Shown: positions 1-13,771, numbered from the stretch's first letter. The stretch is 64,000 bases of DNA from Antedon mediterranea (GCF_964355755.1 NC_092674.1:3286001-3350000), one strand, 5' to 3'. Notes: a model not told the origin generated them from the sequence alone. Translations and numbers: made by a program.

Positions 1-232
1 ATGCACATAGAGTATCACGGTGTGACGTCACAACGATACAGGGCGCTGCATGGTTGCTAGCCAACCAAAAAATTCGTTCAGCCCTACAGTACTATGTTGA
101 TAAACAGTGAGGATCTGTATTTATATCAAATTATGTATCTTAGCTTGATTTTTTTTTAACTTAAACTGTAGTTGAAGAATAAATAGATTGTTAAAAACAA
201 ATATTCAGTGATCTTTTGAAATTTTAGTTTGT

Positions 233-3200
233 TAGGTGATCATTTAGAATAAAATGATCACCTATTGTTATTGTATCAAATCTTTATTATTCTTCTTCTT
301 CTTCTTCTTTCTGTACACTTTTTGTTTAACAAATATCTCAAAAAGTTAAATGTCAATGATTACCAAAATTTCACAATGTCTTTCAAATACTGTAACTTAG
401 TCCTAATAAGGTTTTCAGCGTGATCACTCATCCGTGACAACACGTATACGCCATTTTGTGAAATCACATTATCAATCATATCTCCATAATTCATTATCAC
501 ATATCTATATATATATTTACGTAAGGGCAAAATTCGGTAAATCGCGCCTTACTTCTAGAATTTTCACTCGATGGTATGTAAAGTTGGTTCGTACTTTCGG
601 TACTGATTTTAACCGCCTGATGTAACCCTGTTTACTAATTAAATTGAGTTAGATAATTAGTTATTGACGATTAAAACGAATTTAGGTTCAAAGATTTGCC
701 CCAAATAGGGGTGTTTTCCGATCGTGGTATACACTGTCTAATGGATGTCCATCTTGAAAAATACCTGCCAAAAAAATGCGAGGAGGCTTCGCATTTTTCT
801 ATCTCCTCCTACGATAATTGTTTTTAATAGCTGAAAACCGGTTGAACAGCTAGAGTACACCATCATAATGTTGAAGACAGGCCGATTTTCTTTAAAAAAT
901 ACTATTTTGATAGATTTAATATACGATTATACAAATGTATTGATTTGCGATGAATGGAACATCCCAATCTCTCAGTCTGCCAGAGTTTGGTTTAACACAA
1001 GTACTGTAGGTAAATTTATGAGCCCTTGGTTTAACACATACCGTACGGTAGGTAAATATATGGGCCCTTTGAGAATAAACTTGCAATACTTTGACAATAC
1101 TGTAAATACCTATTAACTATTTTTCATTTGAATCAAACATTTCTTACTGTGAATGTTCGTACTGTTAGATGTAATATAAAAATATATACAAATAAACTTT
1201 ATTACTGAGACTGTGGATAGGCTCTACTGTTAGATATACAAATAAACTTTATACTGACAGTTCCTTCTCAACGTTTGTATTAATTAATAATTACCAAAAA
1301 TATAAACGTCGTAGTGGTGTATCGTGACATGTACTTTAATATTTCAATCGATTATGACAGTGACAGTTTTAACAAAGTATTAAATCGCAAATGTTTTAGG
1401 CCTACTGTATTTAGAGGTATATTATTTATAGGCCTATAAAACATGAACAAAATATTTCGTTACTCAGTGGATAAAGAATATATTTAAAAATTGTTCCTCT
1501 TTGTACCTATCCGCTTTCCCATCCCTCAACCCTAATGTTACATAGCGAGGAGGCTTCGCATTTTCCTATCTCCTCCTACGATAATTGTTTTTAATAGCTG
1601 AAAACCGGTTGAACAGCTAGAGTACACCATCATAATGTTGAAGACAGGCCGATTTTCTTTAAAAAATACTATTTTGATAGATTGCTAGAGTACACCATCA
1701 TAATGTTGAAGACAGGCCGATTTTCTTTAAAAAATACTATTTTGATAGATTTAATATACGATTATACAAATGTATTGATTTGCGATGAATGGAACATCCA
1801 GTTTGGTTTAACACAAGTACTGTAGGTAAATTTATGAGCCCTTGGTTTAACACATACGGTAGGTAAATATATGGGCCCTTTGAGAATAAACTTGCAATAG
1901 GTTCGGAAAATGTTAAAAACCAATTTCTATTATTTGAATCGGTAAACAGTTTCCATTTATTATACATTGATAATGAAACATGAAATATTCCTATTTATGT
2001 CCCTCGAGGTTCATTACAATTTATATTTAGTAGTCCCACGGACTTCATCTTAGCCACTCCCCCGAGTGCTAAGGCCAAATTTATGATACCCTACTTTCTA
2101 TGTAAGTTTAGTTACAGTTAGTTCTTGACGATAATACAACGAATTTAGGTTACACCCTTCGGCCGCGAAAACGTTTCTGTACAAATATGATACCGATTGG
2201 CTTTATTTCATTCAACAGCGACCATAATCTTGCCAATTACAGGATAGATAAACTATTTTATTATTGATGTGCTTATAAATTAAGACTCATGTAAACAGCT
2301 TGATTACATCATTTTACAGACAAACAAAACTTTTTTAAACCTACTGTTTCAATAACTGAGTATAATACTGTATACGTTTTCATAAGTAAGTGCATATACA
2401 TTTTCGTGTTTTCATTGACGAGATTGTAATAGTAACTTCAGTAACTATTACAGTACTTATTTATTATACGACACAAGACAATTGTATCTGACAGGTACGT
2501 ACATTATTCTAAAAAATAAGTCTAGATAGATCCCTTAGGCGTCATAAATCACAGGCCAACAAATCAGTACTCATGACAGAAATTCGACCCAGTTTGGTTC
2601 ACACAAATGTTTACAGGAAGTTCAACACCACAACCGATGATTTGCCCTAAATATTTAGGTAGACTACAGTTTAATTTTTCACTGAATAGGAGCTTGAATT
2701 TCCGATTTCCATTTCGCAGAATGTCTAGGTCTATTTATTTAGTTTGGTTCTTATAATATATAAATACAATCAACTTTATTACTGCGGTTCCATCACCACC
2801 ACCACGTGCCGCCGCCCAATTCCCGTACATACATTTCCATTTCTCCCTAATTTCTTTAATCCACATAAATTAATTGTCCTTTATGGAATCCAGTATTGGT
2901 TTTGTTGTCTCTATTTCTGAATACCCCAATTAGGGGGACACTTCCGTTTTTGTTTAGTGTCCCAAAAAAGTCCCCGTCCGTGGATTCTACTGTATTCGAG
3001 AACCATCTGTGAGCACCCCTAGATGGTACGCGAGCGAAGCGAGCGTGCCATCTAGTTAATGAAATTCACTACATGTAAACTTCAGGTCAAGGTAAAAAAT
3101 ATTAGCAAATAAAAACCTGCGAGTTTCAAGGTCATGCGCATGAAATCGCGCGTTAAAATTTTAAAAAGCTCAAAATTAGGTTTTGATCAATTTAGAGTAT

Positions 3201-4370
3201 GAATTAGGCCATTTGCGTGTTTCAAAAAATTACTGCGCAAAAACACGTTTTTGCGCACGCGATTCGTAAAAAGCGTAAAAAATTAAATTTGATGTATAAA
3301 TCACAATCTACTCACAATCCTTAGTATATTCACCAAATTTGAGTCCATTTCCACTTAAAATAGTGCTCTATGAGCACATTACAAATGACAAAATGCACAC
3401 ATTAATTGTACAAAAGTGCTAAAAATGGTAAAAAATAAGGCCTTTTTAAAATGAAAATAACTCTTCAGAATGCACGATGACCCCTAAGTTTTTTAACTTA
3501 TTCGGGAAGCCATTGAGTTGTAGATATAAATGTATATACACATTAGACGTACAAAATGGTATTACGTCATCAAATGGCCACTTCAATTTAAAAATTAGGA
3601 TTTTTTTCCGTTTTGTGTAGGTTATCACATTCAATAGAGCGCATCTCCGCTTTTTGAGCTCGATTTTCGCGCAAATTTCAGTTTGTGCTTGCTTAATTAT
3701 TTATCTTTCTCATGTGTTGTCAGTGTTTTCATTTTGATGACGTCATTACACGTAAAACCTTGAATAACGTAGGTCGTGTAATTTCACCTTCGCCGTAAAT
3801 TGAATATCTTACAGCTCTTCAGAATTGAACGTTACCTTGATGATTATAATTTATTATGAAAGCTGATGAAATGTAGATATGAATTCATATAAAAACCAAG
3901 CCTTTCGGATGTTGTGACATTAAAATATGGCCAGATGAAGTTAAAAAGTAGTTGTTACATCTTTTTCGTCAAAGTTATACAAATTTCAAAGAGCGCGCAC
4001 AGCGCTTCTACGTGCCAGATTTTTTTCCAATTTTTATATTTATTTGCTCAATTCATTATCTTTCGAAATTGTCATCTTTGAGTTTATTTTGATAATTCCA
4101 TCATACCAAAAAATTAGAACATGATGTGGGTCCCGTAATTTCACCTATGCTACACTGTATATAGATATACAGCATATACTGTACATATTGTATATGGCAT
4201 ATAATAGGCACAACTCAGCGCTATAAGCGTATGCATCGTGTCATAGGATGGCGTACATCAACTTTTTACGATCGTATGTTAACGTACATGCATGTTTAAA
4301 AAGTGTTAATTTCATTAAAATGATAAAAATGATCACCTATAATTCGTCAAAGTGACGAATTAAATTCTAG
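233..4370 (+). mobile_element. Helentron-associated non-autonomous element (HINE/DINE-1-like)
   Basis: 5' subTIR TAGGTGATCATTT plus nearby inverted copy AAATGATCACCTA (233-264), (TTC)n microsatellite, 3' subTIR AAATGATCACCTA (4328-4339), hairpin AATTCGTCA-AAG-TGACGAATT, terminal CTAG followed by a T-run. Confidence 0.8.
504..3055 (+). mobile_element. Non-autonomous canonical Helitron nested in the HINE
   Basis: Starts TC after host A (503), ends with hairpin CTAGATGGTACGC..GCGTGCCATCTAG and CTAG before host T (3056), no TSD. Internal duplication ~778-1090 vs ~1545-1900. Confidence 0.75.
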
Positions 4371-5000
4371 TTTTTATTAAAAATGTTTTAAAATGACTAC
4401 TTGAATAAGCCTATTCCAAACCATTGGTGACCTTGGAGTCACTCAGGCAGGCTGAACGCATTTTTGGTTGCGCTAGCAACCACGCAGCGCCACTTACCGT
4501 TGTGACGTCAGCATCGTGATACTCTATAAGCATCTAAGCTAAACCAATAAATAAATTAAATATTAATTATATTATTTATATATTATATTATCAAATAAAT
4601 TAAACATCAGCCATGTCATTTTCCCTTTGCATTTCTAATTGCTTAAATTAATATTTCGGCTATTTACATACAATACAAGGCAACCTAATATATTGACTCA
4701 ATGTTTAAATTGTTTATTCAGAAAACATAATCTTTCTCGTAATGGATTTTTAAACATATTACTTCATATTGATCCTAATATCAATTCATCTTCATCGAAA
4801 TTTGCATCTGTGGATAAATGATAAATAAACTGTATATAAAAACAAAATTAAAATAATATTGAATGACTTATACTGGTAAGCATATCATAGGTTGGATAAT
4901 ATCTCTATGGTTGCATTTGCATAAGTTAATTATTTACACAGCATAGAGTATCCGTAGTATGTAATGGATTGTACTTTCTAACACTTAACAGAAGATAATT

Positions 5001-8000
5001 AGTTATCCGCTTGGTCCAAGCGGATAACTCCTTGTTATTGTATGAGATCAACATTTTTTTTCTGTATTATTAGTTATCCGCTTAGTAGCGGATAACTCCT
5101 TGTAATCGTCCTGGATCTTTTTTTTTTTCTTTATTAGTTATCCGCACTTGGCGGATAACTCCTTGTTATTGTATGGGATCAATATTTTTTTCTGTATTAT
5201 TCTTCTTTCTTTCTCGCTATTTTTGTGTAGAGCGTTTCTCTAAAATGTGTAAACATAACATTTTATAACTTTGACAACATGTGGGCATTTACGTGAAGTT
5301 GTGCACCTCCTATTTTTGAATTACGTCAGAGTTGCGCAACGTGACTTACGCGCGATTTTATGATTTTTTATGATTGATCATAGATTAAAAACTAAAAGTG
5401 ATTTTTAATTGACACTTTGTGAAAGTTTAATTTATATCATGCGCTCACTTTCTGTTTGAAAAAAATTGCGTGTTTTACACAAAGTTACGCGCGCACGCGC
5501 ATTTAAAATTTCAAAATGCGCAAAAATAATTTCTAATCAACTTTCTACGCGTTTCATGTCATTTTAAGCATGTACAAAATTACCGCGCGCGCGAAAAATA
5601 TTACGCGCACGGTGCGCATAGAGCATGAAAATCATGTTTTTTTCTCTTGAATTGTGATTTTCCAGCCTTTCCTAGTCATTTTCAAAAAGATTGACATCAT
5701 TTCAAATTAAAATTACGTCATACGAACACGTTGATTTAGCCCATTTGCGCGCGTTTTAGTTGAAAAAGTTACAAAATGTTGTCAAAATTATGCCTATTTT
5801 GAATGTTTTATAGCTTCTCAGGATCAACGATTACCCCTAATTTTTTTAACTTAATATGTAAGCAGATATGGTGTAGATATGAATTCATGCAGAATTTTTA
5901 CCTCACGGATGTTGTGACGTCATCATATGGCCACACGAATGTAAAATATAGAATTTTTTTGTCTTTCGTTATTGCTCATCACATTCAATGGAGCGCATCA
6001 CGCTTATACGTATTTCTTTTTCTCCGAGATTTTAATATTGTCTAGGTCAATCAACTATCTTTCGCATGAGATAAAAATATTTTAATTTTTATGACGTCAT
6101 CATGCCTAAAAATTTTAATTACGTGGGTCATTAATTTCATCTTTACAGTAAATTTTAATCTGTAATAGCCCGTCAAAATAAAATGTGATAATCACGATTA
6201 AAACATTTTCTGGAAGCTCTTGGATTGTAGATATGAAATCATGTGAACATTTTGCCAATCAGATGCTGTGACGTCATCATATTGCAAGTTAAATAAAAAA
6301 AGTCGTATTTTCATCTTTTGCATCATAGTTCATTATATTTAAAAGAGCGCGCATCAATATTAAACGTATTCAAATTTCTTCTACACGTTAATATGTTGTT
6401 GCTGAGATAATTTGCTTCCGAAATTGCTATCTTAGTGTTTCATCTTGATATCGTCGCCATGTTACAAATTTGAATAAATGGCGGGTCCCGTAATTTCACC
6501 TATTCTACACTGTATGTAACATGTATACAGATTATACTGTTTGCATGTATATACTATATGACACAAAATTGACAGAATTCAGCACTAACAACATATCATA
6601 TTCTTCAGATCAGGTCATAATGCCATAATTTTTTCTGTGTGCAATATTCTAACGTATGACGTGCACGTGGCGTTTGTCGTGCGGATAACTAACTCGTCAA
6701 AGTGACGAGTTACATGTCTAGTATTATTCTTCTTTCTTTCTCCTCCATTTTTGTGTCTCGCGTATCTCAAAAACTTGTAAACATAACATTTCATTACTTT
6801 GTCAACATATGGGCATTTACGTGAAGTTGTGCACCTCCTATTTTGAATGACGTCAGAGTTGCGCAATGTGACTTACGTGCGATTTATGATTTTTTATGAT
6901 TGATCATAGGCTAAAAACCAAGCATAATTTTATTTTGACACTTTCTGAAAATTTAAGTCATATCAAGGGCAAACTTTTTGTGGATTAAAAATGCCATGTT
7001 TTACAAGACTTTACGCGCGCACGCGCATTTCTCCTCTATTTTTGTGTCTCGCTTATATAAAAAATGTGTAAACATAACATTTCATAACTTTGTCAACATA
7101 TGGGCATTCACGTGAAGTTGTGCACCTACTATTGTGAATGACGTCAGAAATGCGTAACGTGACTTACGCGTGATTTTATGAATTTCCCGTATTCAACATA
7201 GATTGAAAACCATATAACTATGTAAGTTGAAACTTAGCAAAAGTTTAATTTATATCTTGCGCTAACTTTTTGTGCACTAAAAATGGCATTTTTTAAACGA
7301 AGTTACGCGTGCACGCGCATTTAAAATTTAAAATGCGCAAAATTAATTTCTAATCAACTTTCTACGCTGATCATAAAATTTTGAGCATGTCAAAAATTCC
7401 CACAATTTTACGCGCGTGGTCCGCACGTAGCGCTAAAAACATCTGTTTTTGCGTGAATTATGTCTTTCCAGCCTTTTATAGTAATTTTATCAAATTTTAA
7501 AACAATTTAGATTTAAAATTACGTCATACGAGCACGTCGAATTATACAATTTGTGCGTGTTTTTAAAGAAAAAATTCAAAAATTCGTCAAAATTATGCCT
7601 TTTTTTAAACAATCATAGATTCTAAACTACGTGGAGAACTTTTTTTTACTTACATATTCTGGAAGGTGATGAGTTGTAGATATCGGATCATTAATCAATA
7701 TGGCTAACCGGACATTGTGACGTCATCGTATGGCCACGCGAATATAAAATATAGGATTTTTGTCTCTTTCGTCATAGCTCATCACATTTAATAGAGTGCA
7801 TCTCCACTTATTCGTTGTCCATTTTCACCCCGATTTTAATATATTCTAGGTCAATCAACTATCTTTGGCATGAATTAAAATTTTTTTTTAAATTTTTTTA
7901 ACGTCATCATGCCTAAAAATTTAAATTACGTTGGTCATTAATTTCATCTTTACAGTAAATTTTAATCTGTTATAGCTCGTAAGAATAAAATGTGATAATC

Positions 8001-8529
8001 ACGATTAAAACGTTTTCAGGAAGCTATTTTATTGTAGATACAAAATCATGTGAAAATTGTGCCAATTGAATGTTGTGACATCATCATATGGCCAGTTAAA
8101 TAAAAAAAGTCGTATTTTCATCTTTTGCGTTATATTTCATTACATTTAAAAGAGCGCGCATTAATATTTCACGTATTCAAATTTCTTCTACACGTTAATA
8201 TGTTGTTTCTGAGATAATTTCCTTCTGAAATTGATATTGTGTTTCATTTTGATACCGTCGCCATGTTAAAAATTTGAATAAATGGCGGGTCTCGTAATTT
8301 CACCTATTCTACACTGTATGTAATATGTATACAGATTATACTGTTTGCATGTATATACTATATGACACAAAATTGACAGAATTCAGCACTAACAGCATAT
8401 CATATTCTTCAGTTCTTGTCATAATGCCATAATCTTTATCTGTGTGCAATATTCTAACGTATGACGTGCACGTGGCGTTTGTCGTTGTGCGGATAACTAA
8501 CTCGTCAAAGTGACGAGTTTCATGTCTAG
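5001..8529 (+). mobile_element. Self-nested cluster of a second HINE family
   Basis: Three 5' heads AGTTATCCGC..GCGGATAACT at 5001, 5072, 5136; two 3' ends GCGGATAACT+AACTCGTCA-AAG-TGACGAGTT+CTAG ending 6721 and 8529; bodies ~5200-6720 and ~7030-8530 are homologous, partial third body 6722-7030. Confidence 0.8.
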
Positions 8530-8605
8530 TTGAACTAAATATTGCTGGTTGGTAGACATTGCAATAACACTGTTTGTATACATTGTGTTAAAACTGTGTA
8601 AAACA

Positions 8606-8654
8606 TTCTCACTCCTGAGGACGATCAAAGCGTATTGATCGAAACGTCGAGAAA
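8606..8654 (+). ncRNA. Minimal type I hammerhead ribozyme (Penelope pLTR/retrozyme type)
   Basis: CTC-CTGAGGA-C-GATCAA(AGCGTA)TTGATC-GAAA-CGTC-GAG: CUGANGA core 8615-8621, 6-bp stem II, GAAA 8641-8644, palindromic ACGT stem III, GUC triplet. Confidence 0.8.
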
Positions 8655-10033
8655 CTTAACAAACAGTTCTTTTCAGAACTAATATACGTGGTGTACCGCA
8701 AACTTTATATCAACATATGATTTCGCCATGCAAGCCTTCAAACAATATAAAACTATGTACTTTGAAGATCAGTGCACTAGTACTGAAAGTGCCTGCAGAA
8801 TAAAGAAAGAATAAATAAATAAATGTCTAAAAACAGTTAGTGAACAACTAATTTCACTCTTTAAAATATTCTTGATTTGTGCAGACCTACGACCTATGCA
8901 TTAATGTCGGTCTTCGTCTAGACTTAGAAACCAGTAAAAGAGAGTAAAGCTCTGTCTACACTATTTTGACCAAAAAAAATTGCCATTGCCATACTATTAA
9001 TTAAAAATCATAACTCTTTGTTTTGTTAATTTTTATTAAATAATAATAAATTCATAACAAAAATCTTGAAAGTTGTTGTTTGCGTAACATTCAATCAACT
9101 GTATGGAGCACACTATATATACGATATATTAAAAATCCTATCTAAAGATAGTAGACGTCAATTTTTGTAGCTACCCTAGCTAGGCCTACGCATCGGTTAT
9201 CCTAATTTGGACGGAAATCCGCCGACGAGACGACATCGGGTCGGTGGACCTCTCAGCTCACGCAGAGAGAGAGAGAGAGAGTCGAGGCTATCTATCTAGG
9301 CCCTAGTCTAGTTTCGGCGGCCTACACTATAAATTATTTAATCCTACCTTGGCTTAGCGAATTATAAAAACAACGACACCTAGGCTAGGACACCAACAAA
9401 ATATATGCAAAATAAATATATATTCCATATTAATTACTATAAGATTTAACATAAAGGCGACATGTGTATAAGAAAAGGCCCGACTAGAATTTGGAGGGGA
9501 AAACATGTGAGCAGTTATTAAGATCATCAGAGCTGAGAGAGTGTTTCATGACATGTGACACAAAATCCAGGTACACGATCCTAATTACTGTTTATCGTCG
9601 GCAGCCACCCTCGAGCACATATAGACCGGCAGCCCAGAGACATTTGGTTAGATGAGCTAGGTACCAATATCTGACTATTTGAGTGTGTTGGGGGTCACTT
9701 GAAGTGAATGAAAATGGGAGTCTGCCGGGTACCCCCTGCTGCGTCTAGACCGGGGGACCCCGAAACGTGCTAAAAAATCGGCACAGGTTAGATGAGAGAG
9801 ATACCACCTAATTTTACCACCATGGGATGCCCATTGGCATCCTTATAACAGTATCACAAACGACAGACTTTTTCTCTGCTGCAAAAGGCCCGCCAGACCC
9901 CCCGAGGGAGGGCCTAAAATGGGGTTAGCATAGATGAGTGAGGTACCACTCAAAATCAATTCCAAACGAACAAGTTGTGTTCATACAATACTAAATGGAT
10001 AACAACAGACTAATTGTCTGCTGCACCGCAAGT

Positions 10034-10585
10034 GCCAGACACCCTAAAGTTAGACTAGAGGCCCCCCTTCCCCCAACTAACCCAGCTTAGATATTGTAGA
10101 TACCACCAGCAACCAATGTTATATGATTTAGCACATTGTAAGCAATACCAAATGACCTATTACAGACTATCTGAACACTGCCCTGGCCCTGGCAGACCCC
10201 TCTAAAGTTAGACTAGAGACCCTCTTTCCCCAACTAGCCCAGCTTAGATATTGTAGATACCACCAGCAACCAATGTTATATGATTTAGCACATTGTAAGC
10301 AATCACCAAATGACCTATTACAAACTATCTGTACACTGCCTTGACCCTGGCAGACCCCTCTAAAGTTCGACTAGAGACTCCATTCCCCCAACTGGCCTAG
10401 CTTAGATATTGTTGATACCACCAGCAACCAATGTTATAATTATGATTTAGCACATTGTAAGCAATACAAAATGACCTATAACAGACTATCTGTACACTGC
10501 CTTGGCACTGGCAGACCCCTCTAAAGTTCCCCCATTTACCCCAAGTATATAGCCTACCTTAGATATTGTAGATACCACCAGCAGC
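10034..10585 (+). repeat. ~157-bp tandem repeat (about 3.5 units) in left arm, mirrored at ~14320-14870
   Basis: Recurring GCTTAGATATTGTAGATACCACCAGCAACCAATGTTATA and CAGACCCCTCTAAAGTT. Confidence 0.85.
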
Positions 10586-11114
10586 AACAAAATAACCACC
10601 CAAAACAACATGTTTAATTGAATAAAGTTTAACTTTATTCGAACTAACACAAAACAATTGAAAATATATCACATCAATGACGATAAAATGACCATTACCA
10701 TTCTAAAGGGGAAAATAGTTTAAGAGTTTCAATTAAAACTTATATATTATAAGCCAAATATATATAACAAGTATGGATTCGGGTAAATTTAGCATTCCTT
10801 GCCTTTGGATGTCAAAGATACATCCGTCTGTAACTCTTGGACATATTTTGAGAGAAAGCTTAGTAATCACCCTAATCAAATTCAGGATTGTAGTAACTTA
10901 ATCTTAAGTGATTTGATTAATTAATAGTGGGTAATTTTAAATGCTGTATATTATAATCTTAATCCTGTATTCATATGTATATATATTTATAAATCCAAAG
11001 GCAAATTACTGAAAAAATGACAATGCTGTGGGTATCAGTGGCTGGATCTCAATGGAGATACAAAAAAAAAGCGAAAAGCTAAATCAAAACGATAAAGTAA
11101 ACAGCCAGAAAAGT

Positions 11115-11155
11115 TAGCAGAGCTTTCGCGCAACACTAGCCCTTCATCAGTGCAA
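11115..11155 (-). ncRNA. Hammerhead ribozyme at inner end of left arm
   Basis: Minus strand TGCA-CTGATGA-A-GGGC(TAGTGTT)GCGC-GAAA-GCTC-TGC: intact core, one stem II mismatch. Confidence 0.7.
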
Positions 11156-11609
11156 GTCTTATATAGATGCGTTGAGGCTGCAAACGTGCTCAATTGGAAT
11201 CAAGAGCGAATATATATTTTTATAAAGTAGATGGAACACGGACGTCTATTACACGATGTTTCACGTTAAACGATCTTCAGATAGACTGAACAATACCGTA
11301 TCTCGATCGAAAAAAATATATAAAAAAAAAATTATAAATATATATAATTTTTTTTTATGTACTTTATTTATGTAGATATGTAGTACTGTATCTATTAAAA
11401 AAGGTATTTGAACAAAATTAGAGATCTCAATGAGATCCAAATTGACAATTGCCGCAAAATCCTCACTGAGTTTGACGTTGAAATTCACTCTAGAACTAAG
11501 AAGTTGAAAAGAGAACTTCCTGCATCCTAGTTTCAAAACAAATTCAGGATTATCGCCAATGACTGCCGTAAACAATCAACGGTAATGGCCTGAAGGGAAC
11601 ATCACAAAT

Positions 11610-13420
11610 TTGGTCTACCATGCAGACTTGGTCATTTCAACACAAATGACTCTACCTTCGGATGACTTCAGGGCTTTTAGGAAACCCTGCAGAAGGTTCG
11701 TTGGGACATATAACAAGAATCAGAGCAACACCTCTGATTCAGTTGTTGAAATTAATTGTCGACTTTCCGAAGGAGAGAAAAAACTTCCTTCCCGAGGACT
11801 TAAATTCTGCCCAAAACCAAGGCAGGTCGGCGCACAACAACTATCTTTGGATATAGAGTCTTTTTCTAGAAGATTACGATTACGTGAATATTTTGCTGAT
11901 TCAGACAGCAGCACCACGCAAAACGAAGGCAACGTTAACAAATTTAAACCAAAAAGTTCCTGGAATCCACCTAAAAATCGTTGTCCAGCTTTAGAAACAT
12001 TTATCCAGGCTATTGAGGAGGATGTACAAAACTACGTCCCGAGTCCAGATAAACGTGACAATCTCAAAACAAGAGAGGCAGGCCATTGCCAAATTGCGTC
12101 AGCGTAATGATATCATCATTAAACCCGCTGATAAAGGTTCTGCCACTGTTGCTATTTACATCAAATTTTATTAAGAGGAATCCTTAAGACAGCTTCATTA
12201 TATATCGTAAACTCACAACGGAACCCACCCCGGAAATTGCGGATAAGGTGGCAAAATCTGTTTCTGTGATGGTAAAAAAAAACACTCCATCGATCCTAAG
12301 ATTTACAGTTACCAAATCCACTAGTAGCGTTGATTTTGTGGACACTATAGTGACCATAGAAAATGGTACTCTCAAAACTGACCTATTCCGTAAATCCACT
12401 GATAAAAATATGTACCTGCTCCCTAGCAGTTGTCATCCCCAACATTGTACTAAAAACATACCGAACAGTAAAGCATTACCTATCAGACGTATCTGTTCTT
12501 CAGATTTAGATTTTCAGAATCGTACCGAAGAACTAACCGGACATCTCCGGAGTAGAAATTACAAACCTATCAACCTAGGTTGCCTCCATTACGGGGCTAT
12601 TAATTTATTGAGAAACATATGCCCATTCTACAGTCCACAGAACGTCTCAGGACTGTTTTTCCGGAACCACCCATTATTGCATTTCGTAGACCTCCCAACC
12701 TTCGTGATATATTAGTCAGATCCAAATGTAAGAGTGAAATTAACTCTCATGACAGTCAAAATTTGGGCAGTCACCTTTGCGGCAAATCTTGCAAAACTTG
12801 TTCATTGGTTGATTCTACTGAAAAATGTAAGAGTAACCAAACTGGCCGCATTTTTCGGATAAGACAATCCGCCACTTACAGCTTGGTTTAACAGATACAA
12901 AACAATTACAACAACTCAGAAACACTAAAATTACGACGAAACAGATAAAGATTGGAATTAAAAATGTCAATATGGGGATGGGCCTGGACTAAACTATTAT
13001 AATATAAACTTAATCTACTGATGTAACCACTTTTGAGAACATTGACTCTACAAAAGGGAACACAAAGGATACTATTGTTTCTTAAATTACGGGCGGGAAC
13101 ACGAATACCGAAATAGGTAGGTGTTTGTGGCAAACAGTACGTCGGAGAAACAAAAAACACTCTCCGTATGAGAATGACACAACACAAATCAGCTATCAAC
13201 ACATTAAAGCTTGTTCAACCTGTAGCCGAACATTTTAATTCATCTGGTCACTCGATAACAAATTTCAGAGTTATTGCAATATTCCATGTGTCAAATGGAG
13301 CGACAAAACTTGCAAAGACAAGGAAAACCACTGGGAATTACAACTTAAAACCACAAAACCTTTTGTACTTAACATTAGAAACATACTCCCAGGTTGGTAA
13401 AATTATTCCATTGTCTACCT
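11610..13420 (+). pseudogene. Penelope-like retroelement ORF remnant (RT + GIY-YIG endonuclease), frameshifted and internally deleted
   Basis: SRGLKFCPKP, FSRRLRLREYF, IIKPADKGSATV; RT C-terminal VDFVDTIV..LKTDLFRKSTD..SCHP..KNIP..RRICS; RRPPNLRDILVRS, CGKSCKTC; CGKQYVGET..LRMRMTQH..PVAEHF. RT catalytic core absent around 12280. Confidence 0.9.
12880..13120 (-). mobile_element. 5'-truncated LINE (CR1/Jockey-like ORF2 C-terminus) inserted antisense into the GIY-YIG motif
   Basis: Minus-strand peptide RVPARNLRNNSILCVPFCRVNVLKSGYISRLSLYYNSL..IDIF separates IRQSAT from VCGKQYVGET. Boundaries approximate. Confidence 0.55.
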
Positions 13421-13460
13421 AAATTTAAGTTTCAATATTAACCACCATTTAAGCTGTTTT

Positions 13461-13578
13461 TAGTCGCGTGGACGCGACTCTATAGTTCACTATGTCGGCG
13501 GTCGGTCGGTCTGTCGGTCTGTCTGTCGGTCCGGTATCACTATGCGTTTTAGCACGCGACTTATGGCTGTTGGCCATG
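13461..13578 (+). mobile_element. ~120-bp DINE-1-like mini-HINE
   Basis: AGTCGCGT-GG-ACGCGACT head, (GTCK)n microsatellite, 3' ACGCGACT + hairpin ATGGC-TGTTG-GCCAT, T-rich flanks. Confidence 0.75.
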
Positions 13579-13729
13579 TTTAGTTTCATTCCAAAATTGT
13601 TTATACTGTATCTCTACCAAGCTACCTTCTTTGTTTTCTACTCTTATTCAGACTCCACCCTGTCTCCTTTTGTTGTATTTCTTTTATTCCTGTCCACCCA
13701 GGCAGCACTTGCCAGCTCTTATCCTTCAC

Positions 13730-13771
13730 TTGCAATGATGAAGGGCTAGTGTTGCCCGAAAGCTCTGCTAA
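13730..13771 (+). ncRNA. Hammerhead ribozyme (core C>A variant) in Penelope 3' UTR, inner end of right arm
   Basis: TGCA-ATGATGA-A-GGGC(TAGTGTT)GCCC-GAAA-GCTC-TGC: perfect stem II, first core C replaced by A. Confidence 0.65.

Larger units (their letters stand above)
7..4527. mobile_element. Non-autonomous TIR DNA transposon (MITE, ~380 bp without nested inserts)
   Basis: ~77-bp imperfect inverted repeats: ATAGAGTATCACG..TGACGTCACAACG..GCGCTGC..GGTTGCTAG..CAACCAAAAA..CGTTCAGCC (7-83) and its reverse complement at 4450-4527. Superfamily not determined. Confidence 0.75.
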
